A stretch of DNA of 63,986 nt, counting the filler, from Sphacelaria rigidula (Eukaryota), in assembly GCA_964200075.2 (NCBI GenBank). It is 6 parts of 6 records of this genome, joined end to end, with 100 filler letters (N's around TTAATTAATTAA, not from the genome) between each part and the next. Parts side by side here need not be neighbours in the genome. Positions count along the whole stretch, not along the records: positions 32,048 to 42,628 come from CAXNAA020006248.1; positions 42,729 to 53,307 come from CAXNAA020006250.1; 4 more parts are not named here. One strand, 5' to 3'. Shown here piece after piece: positions 38,901 through 52,420 of this stretch (positions within the stretch are counted from its first letter, which is position 1; the number at the start of each line of letters is the position of its first letter). A program made the translations under genes and the position numbers. The notes under the pieces were generated by a model. The model did no database searches. It had not been told where the DNA came from and saw only the letters and a list, made by a program, of their open reading frames with translations.

Positions 38901-41900
38901 TCTTGAGAAGACTACAATCTACCGTGCCCTGGTCTTTCAAGTCCCTCTAGGGAAATGAGTTGCTTCTAGACTGCCGATACCAAACATGTTCGCCCCCTTC
39001 ACACACGGTATGGACGATATTGGTGCCGACGGGGTTGAGGCCGGCTATATTCCAGTCGATTCCTGCTCGTATGCGGGCACCTTGGTCCCCCTTATCGCTG
39101 CGTATCGCAATGCGGAGGTAACGACATACATACCCATGTTCCAATAACCGAGGACAGCTGTTGGCGAGAGCTCGGAGGTAGAGATGAACGTTCAGGTCTC
39201 TTCACTACTGTCACGTGCTATACTCAAGTGATTCAACACGCGTCTTTTTTCTCATGTACGAGAGGATAGAGCCGACGTGCGTGGCCTCTACCCCATGACT
39301 CTCTTGTCGTTGACCCGGACCGCACCCCACTCATGCTAAGTTTTCGCCCCCTTTCCACCCCCATGTATCTCTATCTCCCTCCTACGTGCGAAACGGCCGC
39401 ACGCAGAGTGTCTGAGGCAGTGATCATCAAGCTGTTCACCCCGTTCGGGAAGGTGGTTCGAGAGCAATTTTGCTATCACATGACGGGACCACGGCGTGGG
39501 GAGCCAAGAGGGTGAGCTGGACAGATCGATGAAGTGCGGTGTGCGTGTCTTTTGGGAAGGGGTGGGGGGGGGAGGGGGGCGTGCCACACATTCCATGCCT
39601 CAGGTATTGAACCATCCAACACGCGTGGTTGAGAGGATTAGGTCACATTTCCAACGAGAAGCGATCCTTGATTGGTGATAACAAAAACGGTGGGAGTCTG
39701 AGACTGGAGTTTTCAATCGTGGTGGGATTGCTTTATGTCACGCGTATAATTGTAAACGCTCAAATGGGGGGGGGGTTGGTCGCTGATTGGGTAATGGAGA
39801 GATCTGCTCGTTGTTTGTTCCTGCTATGTGGATCAAAGAGAGACCCAATGGACTGTCGTGCCGGCTCCTCCCCCACAACGTCGACAATGACATATTCAAA
39901 CCTTTTGTCATGGTTGCGTCTCACTGAATTCGTGTTTTTTCTTGTCTGTGCATATGTTGTTGTGCTCTCATGTGTGCCTTGTCCATTCATGTCTTGGGGT
40001 CCTTGGCGTTCCTGCGACCCCCGACGACCCCAAAAAAACACAGGTTTTGCTTTGTAGAGTACTCGAACGCCGAAGACGCGGGCAAGGCAATCAGGGCGCT
40101 CCACGGCCGCAAGCTCTACGGGCGGCCACTCCGGGTTCGTTTTATGACCGTGGAGGGGCATGGACGAATGGACTACTCCACGTCCGACAAAAGTAAATCG
40201 GGAGCGAGTACGGGGAGATACGAGTGAGTTGAATGTGTGTATGTGTGTGTATATGTGTGTATGAGTGTTTCAGTGTGGGCTGTTGTTACCCTATTTTTCT
40301 TTTTTTCTTTCTTCCTCGAGGCACGGGAAAAATCTCACCCAACACTTACCCCGCGAGCGGGTTCGTGTGCAGATTACCCGGAGGCTCGGCTAGACCTCAT
40401 CGCGGCGCTCATGTGGGATAGGCGCCTCGAGCAAAGGAAAGCTTTGCTCAAGGCGGTGTGGAGGCTGAACCCGCTAAAACTCCCCGTCAACTTGGTGCGA
40501 TGTACGCCCCGCTCGGCCCTAATCTTATGAGCTTCGGTCCTAGATCCTGTCTATTCTAGACGCCAGTGCCATCTTTCGGTTTATCTGGGCGTAACCGCCG
40601 CGCCCCGGTAGTGTAAATTAAAACGATCCGGCTGCCAACATTAGGGTGAAGAGAACATGGTTCCGATTCGTGATGATACCTTGGGCTTTTCGTTGGGAGA
40701 ATCTCATTTTTCGACGCTCGAGAGCGTGAGTATGTGAGTAAATGAAGAGTAAATGATGGAGTTTGTGTTTATTTGACGAGAGTTGACGCGGTGCGAGAGG
40801 GTTGGTCATGATCCAATCCGCGAGACCAAAATGCGAGGCGTCTACCGGGGAAAGGTTTGATCTCTTGAGACTACGGACTCGTCCTGAGGAAGGGGAGGGG
40901 TTCAAAGTGCGACAATATATGTATATAATATATATATATGTCACACAGGAGGAAGGTCAACACAGGAGTTTTTGATTTTTCATCTTGTGTTGGCACTTTA
41001 CCTTCCTTCTGCAGTGCTTGTCTTTCTTTTTATCGCGAGAAGCGTCCGGCGGTATCTTTCCCTCGTCGACCGTGGAGTCAAACCTTGTGTACCCACGACA
41101 TGGCCGCTCTCCAGTATTGAGCATGATGTGAGAACTAATTGCAGATCGTGCGAGTTCACCGAGACTGGAACCCACGACCCAGCCGTCACACGGTTTTGAG
41201 GTTACCAAATGAGCCATCGGGGCGGCCGGCCTGAATAGATATCTTATGATCATCTGGTCGCGTTCCTCATGAACAAACCGACTGCCCCCCCCCCCCTCGT
41301 GAGCTCCGGCAGGTAGTTGCACATCGAACCCGAACACCGAGCACCTCATTTTGACGTCAGCATCGATAATCTCCGTAAAGCGTGGACGGGTTGCAGTGAA
41401 AACATTCACGTTCGGGAACTTTGATGCACCCCTCCCTTTCTATGGTTGTTGGATGTGCAGACGTGTGTTGACACACGCACTCGTCTGAGAGGAGCCGCGC
41501 GTGCATTCGACCTCCCTCCTAGCGTTGAAGCTGTTTCAAACGGAGATGCAAGAATCATACACTCTCCCCCCCCTCCCCCCCACGCGCCGGACCGCGCTAC
41601 GTGTCTCTCACTCGATGATTGTATCTCATTATTTATTTATTTATTTTCGAGTTATATGTATGTTTCTGTGTGTGTTTTTGACACCTCTACGATAGCCCCG
41701 CCCCCCCCCAAAAGTTCATGGTGTTGGGAAGCAAAATCTTCACGTAAAATGAAATGGGAAAAGCCGAGCACAACGAAAAGCTGGGAATTCCCACGCTTGG
41801 GTTCGTTCCAGCCAATGTCGCCAATATGAGGCGCTTCATGCAGTCTGAACCCAAACATCAGGCGCTGTATGGCCATTTTTTTCGTGACACTTTTGAGCTG

Positions 41901-42410
41901 GTTTTTGGGGGGGGGGGCTATCGTAGAAAGTATATTTTCTAAATATATATTTTTCTGGCGTGTTTGTAGAACCCCGCCCTGCGAGGCGCCGTGTTTTTAT
42001 GTTCGTGGGAACCTTTCAAAGTAGTATCCCTTCACACCCTGGACGATAGAACGCATAATACAGTCAAAAGGTGTACTGCGTACAGTATAGACTATTGTGC
42101 CTATTGCAACATACACTATATTCCACACTGTACGCAGTACATTTTTTTACAAAATAATATTTTGTCCAGGGTGTATCCCTTGTATTCTTGATTTTGTGAG
42201 CATGGGCACTAGCTTTGTGGAGAAGAACTAATCTGAGAAACAACAACGACAACAATAACAACTCGGTTTGTCCCCTCCCGTTGTCCTCGTTCCGTTGGTG
42301 AGAGCAGGGACAACAGCGGCGGTGCCAAGATACCGTCGGCAAACGCGACGGGAGGGGGGGCGGGAGCCGCCGCGGCAGCAGGGGTTACCAAACTTTCGAT
42401 CGATAAGAAG
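35910..42410 (+). CDS. RBM18: RBM18-like single-RRM RNA-binding protein; exons 35910-36070, 38094-38366, 39407-39511, 40044-40223, 42308-42410; last exon beyond contig
   Basis: Spliced RRM: TLFVGNLSYK|VSEAVIIKLFTPFGKV..YHMTGPRRGEPRG|FCFVEYSNAEDAGKAIRALHGRKLYGRPLRVRF; the HxxGxxxGxPRG insert before RNP1 is typical of RBM18; phases 2,2,2,2 are consistent. Exon 1 and the AAG acceptor at 38093 are less certain. Confidence 0.82.
40596..40912 (+). mobile_element. tRNA-derived SINE, family A (intronic)
   Basis: Head CGCGCCCCGGTAGTGTAA; body GAGTTGACGCGGTGCG..GAGACCAAAATG..GAGACTACGGACTCGTCCTGAGG. Confidence 0.7.
40970..41230 (-). mobile_element. tRNA-derived SINE, family B (intronic, tail-to-tail with the family A copy)
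   Basis: Minus-strand head GCCGGCCGCCCCGATGGCTCATTTGGTAACCTC; body CACGGTCGACGAGGGAAAG shared with the 57841 copy. Confidence 0.7.
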
Positions 42411-42628
42411 GTATGTATGCCCAACAACGTACTTGACTTTTGGGGGAGGCGGGGGGTTCGTTGTCGGTCATTTGGATGCGAAACCGTTTTCGAGGGACAT
42501 TTTCCCACACGCGAAATCATATGCGCATACGAGCTGGGCCAGCTTAGAGGCGGGTTCGAAGTTTGCAGGCCCATGCTCTTTTATACATTTAGAGTTGGAC
42601 CCTGAAATTTGGTATGGACAGTGCATAG

Positions 42629-42728
42629 NNNNNNNNNNNNNNNNNNNNNNNNNNNNNNNNNNNNNNNNNNNNTTAATTAATTAANNNNNNNNNNNNNNNN
42701 NNNNNNNNNNNNNNNNNNNNNNNNNNNN
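42629..42728. other. Artificial contig linker
   Basis: 44 N + TTAATTAATTAA + 44 N. Confidence 0.99.
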
Positions 42729-45469
42729 CACAATTAAACGCGGCGAAATTGCCGCCGACTCCTTTTGGATACCGACTTTCTTTGTACTCAGGAGTATCTG
42801 ATGCACTTTTCCACCGCATCTCATGTGTCCCAACACCCCCTACCGAGATGGCAATATCTCAATACACATAGCAGCTGCAAAGACGAATCAAATTGCTCTG
42901 TGTAGCTAAGATGCATCTCTATCAGCCATCGACGTCACGGCTGCGCGTATCCTTGCCGTGGATGAAAATGTTGATGTATAGTAAGGTTCATATTTCGCGA
43001 TTTCCGCACGATCCCGATAACTAATCAGCGCAAGTTGGATGTTAAACGATAGCTATTAGTGGTTAGTACTTGCCTCTTCAGTTTCAGGAGGCTGGTAGTC
43101 GTGCAGCGCGAGTTATCTGCGATCGCGTGTAGGTCGGCCATATTGGAAAATGGCTTCTGGGCTTGTACACATTTCCGTGGCCTTTTTCCCGGTTATCCGT
43201 CGATCGTTCGTGTGCTGTACTGGATAGAATTGAACCGGATTTCGACGGAGGGGTAGTGTAGGATACGTATTATAGCTGTGCATCAGCACAGTTGTCATTT
43301 TTTTGCCCTGTCGACTTATTTCACTTCACCAAGTCGCGTTTTGTTTAGGGTGGTGGTGAAAAACGTGACACTAAACTGGGCGTAACACTGGCAAAGTGGA
43401 CGCAGTTCACACGAGCGCGGAGACCCTCACGAAGGAGTGCCGGTCCGACACCCGACACCACTGTGATGCGGTGTTCAAGGCGGGAGAGTCGGCGCCGAAT
43501 TCCGACAGAAAATGTGACATTTAGTCGAGAAACCACATCGTCACGTGTTATGAACAGCGTTGCTGTGCATTCGTGCACTGCGAGCACGGTGGCATAGCGA
43601 GGTGTGACGGCCACGCTACGTGAACTTGGTTTACAGCTTGCATACTGTGTTGCCCATAATGTTGAGATTCCACGTGAAAAAGAACAAGGTGAATTGGTTC
43701 GAAACGTCATACGCAGGACGCAATGATCTGCAGGCACCATCACGTGGTAAACTCGGACGATCTGAAAATTGCCAATTGAGCCAGTTTCGTCATAAACTCC
43801 TATACAAACACTGCCATGCTCTGCGGTACGTTTCTGTACTTATTTCACTTTATTCACTGTACTGTACTATAATGCACTATACTGTAGTACTCTCTGTGCT
43901 TACCCCTATTTTTACTATACCGTTCTGGACTGCCAGTGTCCACAGGAGTGTACTGTAGCGTCCTGTTGTGTAAAAACCAAAGGAGTGAACTGGACATGGA
44001 CACCTTCATGGCACGTAGGTTGGCCGAAACAGAGGCTGATCATGCACGCCAATATGGTTGCCTTAGGGCTGCAACAAGCCTCGCATCACTTGCAGCCTCA
44101 GCGGATTGTAGTGTCTGTGCTTCACAGTTTGGTGGTTGTAACATGACTACTGCTTGCTGTCATGTTAGACTGTCACAGCACACATGCGGCGGACGATGCA
44201 ATTGGCCGGGTCCTTGCGCCGTTTCCTTCAGTCAGTGGGGAGCTGATGTATGAAGCCTGTGTCTTCATGTGGGGGTCACGACGGATAGAAGATATGTGCG
44301 AACTCCATGTTTGTAGGCAGCTGAGCGGCAGCGACGCTTCAGCGCCACATAGTGGTGGTAATAGTCGCAACGATCGCGCAACGGCCCCGCTATCATCCTT
44401 GTGCTGCTCCTTCGCAGGTCTGTGAGCATGGGCACGCGCTGCGGGGATGTCGGGGCGATAGGCGACCCCTCGCACGAAGAACAACTAGACGCACCTGGGA
44501 CACCAGTGAGATCCACGGAGTTCGTATCATGCCAGGATTATCTTCTAACTTTTAGTCCCCGCCCCATGGTTTGCTCTTCGAAGTAGTGCAGATGTTGGCA
44601 GCTGTTCCTCTCCACCACGGTAGAAGCCCGTGGGTTTGCAATCTTCATTGTCGGGTGCTTTGAACGTCCGTCGCCGGGTGTGCACAAGCTACGCAATTCT
44701 GTTCACGGTAACCTCAGGCAAGGTTTCTGTCGCGGGCGGTGTTCAGAGAGAAATGTTCACACACGAGAAGCCCCCTTGTGGTAGTCAACATAGCATAGGG
44801 GCCTGAGGTTATGTCCACCCAGCGCTCGTTCATCACCGCCCCACCGCCGTCGCCAACCCCCTCGGTTATATCATCGCCTGCACAACCACTGCCCGTGAGT
44901 TTCTGCCTTGTTCCACGGTCTTCCTTTCCTATGTGGAAGGCGCTCTTGAGAGGTCTGCGCGTGAGGGTTTTTTCCTCGAAACCCTTGTTGACGATTAAGG
45001 GCGGGGGTGCTGTCGATAGACGAAGATGAGGTAGGGAAGTTTCTGACAGTGGCCTTTACTACAAGAAGGAGTCGGCGTTCTCCACGGCCGGTACCAGTGC
45101 GGAGTATATCCTGCCCGAGCTTGCGCGGGGTGTACTCATGATCATGCTTGCCATAGTCGAGCTTGCGCGGGGGGGGGGAATTACTCTCTTCGTGAGTTGG
45201 GTCCGCTTTTTGACGTGGGAAGTTGGGCGGAAGGAGGCCAACGAACCTTGTGCCGCCCGCGGATGCCCTTCGGCTCCAAGCGCAGCGAGCTGGAGCTGTT
45301 CTGGACTATTGGATGAGGGGGATGGCGGAGTCTATGCCCGATGTGGACTTCACCAATCGTGGCTGGAGTACGAAGTGTCAGGACGCAGATATGACGATGA
45401 CAAAAGACAACGTTGTTGTTAACCTATCTGAAGACATACGCATCGAGCCCTCGGGGAGGATAAATCGTC

Positions 45470-46310
45470 TTCTGTGCGAGTGCAGGCCGGCGGGGGCCGA
45501 GAAATACAGATGCAAACGCAACCGTCAGTGCGCACAGATGGGGAGGGATGGCCTCTCCATATTGTGTGGGTGAAGGGGCGACGCGACCCTGCTATCGGCG
45601 CGCAAAGCGTTCCGGCCAGCGAAGGGTTGGAAGTAGTGATGGCGAATGCGGTGGACCCCGGGTGTGACAGTGGCGACGAAGCAGAGGCGTGTGAGCGAGA
45701 AGACTGCGAGTCTCAATGCAGTACCTCGTCGGAGTAGCTACGTGCTTGGGGCAGAAACGTGGACGACGACGTCGTGGGATGATACTTGGAAAAAAATTAC
45801 GATGCTGGAGAGAGTGGATAAGGTACAGGTGCGATATCACCCGCCGGCGAAGCAGTTTCGTGTCAGAAGTCATCCGCCCTCGTCTCGATTCATTTGTTTC
45901 GTCGGCCCAAATCGAGCGCGTTTTGGGATCAGAATGTTTGTAGTTGAACAATAATTATGTTGGATGGTGGGGCTTCGGAGGGGTTGGAGTGTTCCCACTT
46001 TTGCAGTCTGGGATTTTATTGGCAAGGGGGTGGAAATTGTGCGTATACATGATGGTGCTCGAACTTCCCGATGGGTGTGCGCCGGAAAACCGGATTTCGT
46101 GGCCGGCGAGGATGCGATATCTCGTTTATGTCGACCAGTCATGCCGCTCGGCGATGCCGTCCCAGTCCCCGCAGTATCCTGACGAATGGCCTTCCCGTGC
46201 ACGAGTGGACCAGGACTGGACTTATTGACTCTCTGTGCGTTCATTCGTCACCGCCCGCCGCACGATTCGCCTCAGGTGTACCAACGGCGGCGAGGTGCTC
46301 TGGAAGGCTG
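45470..46310 (+). pseudogene. Probable decayed intronless SET-domain (histone lysine methyltransferase-like) sequence
   Basis: Collinear degenerate motifs: CECR..C..C (pre-SET/AWS-like), PAKGW/VVMANAVDPG, SRFI..PN, WMVG..FAVWDFIGKGVEI, RCSGRLP (post-SET-like); stops and frameshifts; NHSC not preserved. Confidence 0.45.
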
Positions 46311-47081
46311 CCACGGGTTACAGTGGGAATGGACGAAGACTGTGTAGAAGATACGAACTAATGTTGGGCCATTGAAGTACCGGTAGTATTTGACATCGTG
46401 CACTGGATATCTGCACGCAATATCTGCATATGTTGCGGCGGCGACGGGTTCTAAGAGAGCGGTTTCCTTTCGGATGTTTCCCACTGGAAGTGCGTTGATT
46501 CGCCGGACATCGACCAACGCCGGCGCATCGTCAATATATATGTCGGCGGTGTATACTTTGTCGAAGATTCTTGCGGTTGAATCTTGTGCGTTGTCGTGGG
46601 GGAAATAATTATTGCGAGACGTATTGAATGCTGATGGCAGGTCTTTTTGCTCAGGACACAGCACATTTTGAAAGGGAGTCTGGCACTTCCGAAGCCTGTT
46701 TTAGCGTATTGCTTGCTTGAAATAATCAACCGGCGCTAGCATCGCACAGTAATCCATTCGCAGGCTGAAGAGAATGTACGAAATACCTCACCTGCTTTCA
46801 AGTACTACGCTACTACACTTCTTTCAATTTCGATTCTGTTTCTGGCGTAGAATTCGGAGATTTATGCACAAAAGGTCCCGTGCATGGTGGGGCTGGTACC
46901 AGCAGGAATATCACGCCCCGACTGTTTCATGGCGGCGTTGATCAATAAACATGTTTTCGTCATCACACTACTGCAATATACCCCTTACGTAATTTGTCCG
47001 ACTTCGCAGTCCCGTCGATGGGCGCGGGCCACCCACGGGGCAGCTGTGGCTTCTAGTAATTCTTGCATGCATCATCACTTG

Positions 47082-47374
47082 CACGGGTGGCCACTGGGGT
47101 CTGTAACCTGGCCATTTTGGGACCTTATCCACCTTTGGTAAGGTCCGTGGATTAGGTGGACAACTGAAGAACATTCGCACAGCATGGACAGGTTCGAAAC
47201 AAAGCATGTTCCAGTCTATAGGGGAGTCACCCGCCTATAGACTGGGACATGTTTTGTTTCGATGCTGTCCATGCTGTGCGAATGCTCCTCAGTTGTCTAC
47301 CCAATCCGCGGATCTTACCAAAGGTGGATAAGGTCTCAAAGTGGCCAGGTTACACACCCCAGTGGCCACCCGTG
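47082..47374. repeat. 293-bp foldback (two 141-bp inverted arms, 11-nt loop), MITE-like
   Basis: 47082-47222 is a near reverse complement of 47234-47374; ends CACGGGTGGCCACTGGGG and CCCCAGTGGCCACCCGTG; TG on both flanks. Confidence 0.9.
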
Positions 47375-48610
47375 TGGGGTTGCGTTAACAAGACAAACAT
47401 TTGTTTTCGGAAAAGGCCGCCAACATTTATCTTGTAAGGTCCCGCTTCCAATGCCACTTGTTATGTGGCCGAAATAATATCTTGCGGACATATGCCTTTT
47501 TCGCCTTCGCCGCCATTTTTACCCCGCAAGTAGGGTTAGGCGTATGTTGACACCTCGGAATGGCTTGTATCATGCGTCGACACCGCGCCAGAGCGCTTTC
47601 ATAACCTCCGTGTCAGAGTTTTCTTCGACCAAACCCGCATCTTGAACACGAGGGGCGCTGACGTGAAAAAACGAAGAAAACTTCAACACCTTGGTGCTTT
47701 CTGCGCGTCTAAGTCCTGGTTTTGGCCAAACTTGCATATTTAGTGAGAATATATCAAGTTGTAAAAATAACGACAATTGTTTCGCTCTATTTCTGTTTTT
47801 GACTTCGTCGTGTGTTACTGAAAATGCAAGTCCAGGCGGAAATAAAGCTGCGACGTATGGAAGACATAAAGGCGCTCTCGAACGATATCATCGAACAATC
47901 AAGTCATTCATACGTATGTATATCCGCCGTAGCCTCATTGTTGATAGCACCGCGACTAGTTCAGGCGCCGTGCTCGTCCTTTGAGGGTTCCTTCTTTTTT
48001 ACGGGGGGTTGGGAAAGGCACGATACGGGTGTAATTCGTGCGCAAAAAACATGGCACCGGCTCGTTTCATCTCAACTCCCACCGGCGGAGTGCTGTCATC
48101 TTCGATTTTCAGAGCTCACGTCACATTAGTTCAATTCTTTCACTCCATGACTTTTTATCTCCGACCCGTGGTCACGGGGTGCAAGGAACTCACCACCGAT
48201 GACCATAAAACCAAGAGTCGACAGAGAATGTCTTTGTACAAAAATCTGTACACGAAAACAATCACCCCGCCAAAACCGATCGAGCAACGAGGAACACACT
48301 GCAAGCCAGCAAAATATCGGCGTGCGATCTAGACGACCAAATTACCACCCCCTCCTGCATGTACATGTAGGAACAGCAAACGCAGGAATCGACAAGTCGC
48401 AGGCAGCGAGAACCACCCCGAAGAAAACTTGATAATATTGAAAAATATCCCAGGTTCAAGGAAATTAGGTGATGACTTCATCGACGAAACATCAACTGCC
48501 TTGGCTCAGCATCAACATCAAGTGAGTTGATCACCCTAATATTAGTTCGGTGTAATTACCCAGAACTAATCCAAGTTCGTGAACCTCAAATCTACCTGCC
48601 CTTTTGTTTT

Positions 48611-48907
48611 CCCCCTCACACATTCAACCCCCCCCCTTCCTCGGAATGAGTCCGTGGTCTCGAGGGATCAACTCACCTCTCCCCCGGTACGCACCTTTCG
48701 TTTCGCCCTTGTGGATTGGGTCAGCACTTCCGCATCGCGTCAACCCACGTCACACAAACCCAGTCGGCTAATATTGTTTACCCACGTACTCACGTTTTCC
48801 ACGGTGGAAATCGTACATAACGAAGAAGAAACTCAACCAATCGGGAATCGAACCTCCGTTCTCTCCGCCCCAATGGCAACAGTCGGATCAATACACCACC
48901 GGGGCGC
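48611..48907 (-). mobile_element. tRNA-derived SINE, family A
   Basis: Collinear with 20021-20320; head GCGCCCCGGTGGTGTATTG, B box GGTTCGATTCC. Confidence 0.75.
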
Positions 48908-49424
48908 TAGAAGCAGATATTTCCGTGATGTGTCGGGAGCAGTTTAGAACGAAGGCAATATATAACTGAGAACACACCCAGTGCCCCCCAATCCTGGCCC
49001 CCGAAAAGTACCGGGAAAAAAAAGTTGGTTTGACGACGTTACTGTAAGACTTCACAACGCCGCAAAAAACGGAGCCCAAAACGAGAAGAAACGACGCCGC
49101 TAAAAAGTCACAGAGACTAACGGAAGCTGACGTGGATGATGTCGGATCTGGCGAAGTTCGTCAATTCCCGAGTGTAGACATCTGGTTTTGGAACGGAGCA
49201 CAGTATTAAGAAGGTAGACCAGGAGACGGTAAAGGAACGAAGAGACGTGAACAAGCGTGCAGGCTGAAGATTGCACTGAGGCATGTTGGAAGAAGTGAAG
49301 AAGGAAAAGTCTGGTTCCGACGAGAGCAATCATTGAAGGTGTGAGAGGACAGGGTGCAAATAAGACTACACATAGTTGAGAGGGAGTTGAACAGGGACAA
49401 GGAATGGCCACTTGTGGTACTTAC

Positions 49425-50020
49425 CGTCAGCGGCGGTTTAGCTTTCAGCTCCTCTCCTGATGACCGTGGGTCGGCTACCTTGTCGGGTCGTACTGTTTTT
49501 CTTCTTTTTGAGGGGAGGGGAGATCTTAGTTGGTGGCGTGACGGGTTGGTTCCCGGGAGGGGACAGGGAGTTATCACTGACCCGCGGTGCTTTGCGCGGT
49601 GTCGAATCGTCGTTTCTTGACGCATATAACGCTTTCTCCTTCAACAAGTGCCGTTGGAAATCAGACAGGAGCGTGGCACGCGTGTCGTAGAAACGGAGAT
49701 CAGACCGTATGAAAGCTGGTTCGCCATCTCCCGCCAAGAGATCATAGAGTGTTTTTTTAGACAGGGTTGCTGTACACTCGTAACACGGATGAGTGCACTC
49801 CTCGGCCGCTTTCACGACGGTTTTTACGCACGCGAGGCCGTCCGCGTGGGCGTATACCCTGTCTTTACCGCCGGTAGGATCGGGCATGCGGTGGTACGGG
49901 GTGCTGACCCCGATCTCGCCGCCACACGCTGAGCAGAGGAAGGGCAGCTGTTTTCTGGAGCCCTTCGGGACTGGTCTTGTATCCTGCGAGACAGAGATTT
50001 GGGTGTTGCAGGTGAAGCAC
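49425..50020 (-). other. Cys-rich (multi-CxxC) exon-like ORF of unknown gene, possibly transposon-borne or frameshifted
   Basis: After pyrimidine tract and TTGACAG: CFTC..CSACGGEI..YAHADGLAC..CTHPCYEC..; frame stops at 49438 while a GTAAGT donor lies at 49424. Confidence 0.4.
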
Positions 50021-51379
50021 CTGTCAATGCCGAATGAATTGGGAGGAGGACGAAGCGACGGTTGCGGAAAGCTGAGCGAGAAATAGTACGGAAGGAAAGA
50101 TAGTTGTACTGTGAGCGAATGCGTGACGAACGGGTGTTGAAAGCAACGATGTCAAGTAGGTTGAAAAGGGAGGAAGTGGGATAAGAAGTTGCCTTCGGTC
50201 ATCAGGATATTTCTCGATGAACCTGCACTGAGGAAACCACGGCCTCCACGTAAGTGTGGCATTCTGTACAAGCAAGTCTAGCATGTAGGAGTGTATTATC
50301 ACAAAGAAGGTGGGAGGTCCCCTCCTAGCGTCCCGTTCCTAATGTGTGTCGAATCGTGGGCTTGGAATGGTTGGCGCCAACTCCGGTGGGAACATACACC
50401 GAAAGCATCGAAGAAATGGGCTGGGGAGTGAGCCAGTTCAAATTCTATATATTCATTGCTATTACTGGAGTTCAACTGGGAATGGGTACGAGAGCGCCAG
50501 TTGTCCAGTTCATGTGGAGGTGTTGCGCCGCTTGTCTATACCGAGTAATATTTATAGTAGTTCAATGATGGGGAGTTTATAAGAAAGAAACAGTGTGTAC
50601 GATTAGACCGTAAGGTTGAAGTCAGCAGTCTACAGCAGTTCAGGTCCCACAAACGTCGGTGGTACCCGGTTGTTCTGCAATTTTTTTATCGCCGACATCG
50701 GGTCGGTCTAAGGCTGGTCAGTCGAATGAGATAAACAAAGAAATGAAGAGGTGGGTCTCAATTATGGTGGGACGCTTGGTGCAGAGGTGCCGCACTCCAT
50801 ACCCCATTTCACAATTGCATGAGGATCGATGTGAACATGAAGCAGGAGATACTCACAATACGTCGAAGTAATGTAGCAGGTATGTACCTCGTTCGAAGAA
50901 AACAAAATCCGGTCACGGGCGATCATTAAACACACAAGCGTTCTATCGAATAAGCTGCGGTGAGAAACTCTTTACTTCAATTGCCAAAGGTACTGCCAGG
51001 GTGTGGCATGTTTGTTCCGATCCCCAAGTCCCCAAGAAGAGGGTCTGCTGCTGGATGGTGTAAAGAAATGATGTCCGAATCGCTACTACATACCGAAGAC
51101 ATGTTAGAGCAGTACGAGGCTTGTATCAGCTCGCAGTGAGTGGTTACATTATTCACAACCAATTACGGTTACCGCAGGGAAAAAAGGTCAAACCCGGGAA
51201 ATTTTTCTGACCTGGGCGACGCTCCTGAGCGGGATCCCTTACCAGCCGGGAGGGGCGATTAGCTGGGAAAAGTGGATGGAGTGCCAACTGGCGCGGCAAG
51301 CGTTGACAGAACTGAACAGAGCTTATTGTTCACAGCCCCGAGAATAAATTTGATTTTTTGTAGCGTTAAGGTGCATCGG

Positions 51380-52420
51380 GTAGGGTACGAGAATTTTCGT
51401 GGATCATACAGAAGTAGGGAGTACCGACAAAAAATCGCTCGGAGGCCATGGAACTTGTCGGGTAGCGATGGGAGGCTTACAGGGAATCAACTGATGGTCT
51501 TGTGATGAAAAAGGGTTGCATAGAAAATAGAACACGCACCCGGATATGTGTACAAGGGTGTAGGGTTAAACCGAATGTACAGAAAGAATATAACTATCTT
51601 GGAAGGGTATGGTGGATCACAATAGTCACGCAACTGTCGTGGACCGGTAGGACAGTCTTCGACAAGTCACAGAACTGTCGAGGGATTAGGAAAGCGTTAC
51701 TGAAGTCAAAGATCTGTCGAGTAGGGGTGTGCAAGTGACGCTGAAGTCATAGAGCTATCAAGTTGGGCAACGAAAGCCTTACAGATTTCACTAGAAAAAT
51801 CGGGTAGGCCAACCACAGCCCAAGAGAAGCTACAGAACTGTCGGTTACGGGAATGAAAGTTTTCCAGAAGTCACCGAACTGTCGTATAGGGATAATATCT
51901 GTAAAGATACCCCGTGTATGCAACAAACCGGCCCCCATACGAGATAGGGTTGGACACCATAGACCGATGTCCTGCGAATTGATACTGATGGCGGCGCAGA
52001 TGAAGGCCCCCCAGTCCGTCCGATACCTGTTGATTATCATGTTTCGCTTTCCCTTTCAACTCGTACCCTGTAACCCGTTTGTTCCCCGAACAGGAAAAAA
52101 TATCTTGAAGGGTGTACGGAGTTGAATACCAAGGGGTGTTAAATGGATGGAGGTAAGGGGACAAGTGCGAATTTTCAGAAAAAAGGTAGGGATTGAGTTT
52201 AAATCTCCACCCCTCCCGGGTAATACCCGCACTCTGCCTGCATCGCATATACGCACAAGAGTATATATGTTGAATCCGGGCCAGGATTACGGGAGGCTTA
52301 CAGACCTTGCAGAGTCGTCGACCAGGGGTATGAGGCAGTTTCAGATAATAACAAACTGGCGAGTAAAGCTAAGAAAGGTCTTACACAGCCTCTGCGTACC
52401 GGTTTGATAGTTTTACACGG
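51380..52420. repeat. Degenerate ACAGAACT/GGGTA-rich repeat related to 53838-54310 (opposite orientation)
   Basis: Recurrent CAGAACTGTCG, GAACTTGTCGGGTA and TACAGA motifs. Confidence 0.55.
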
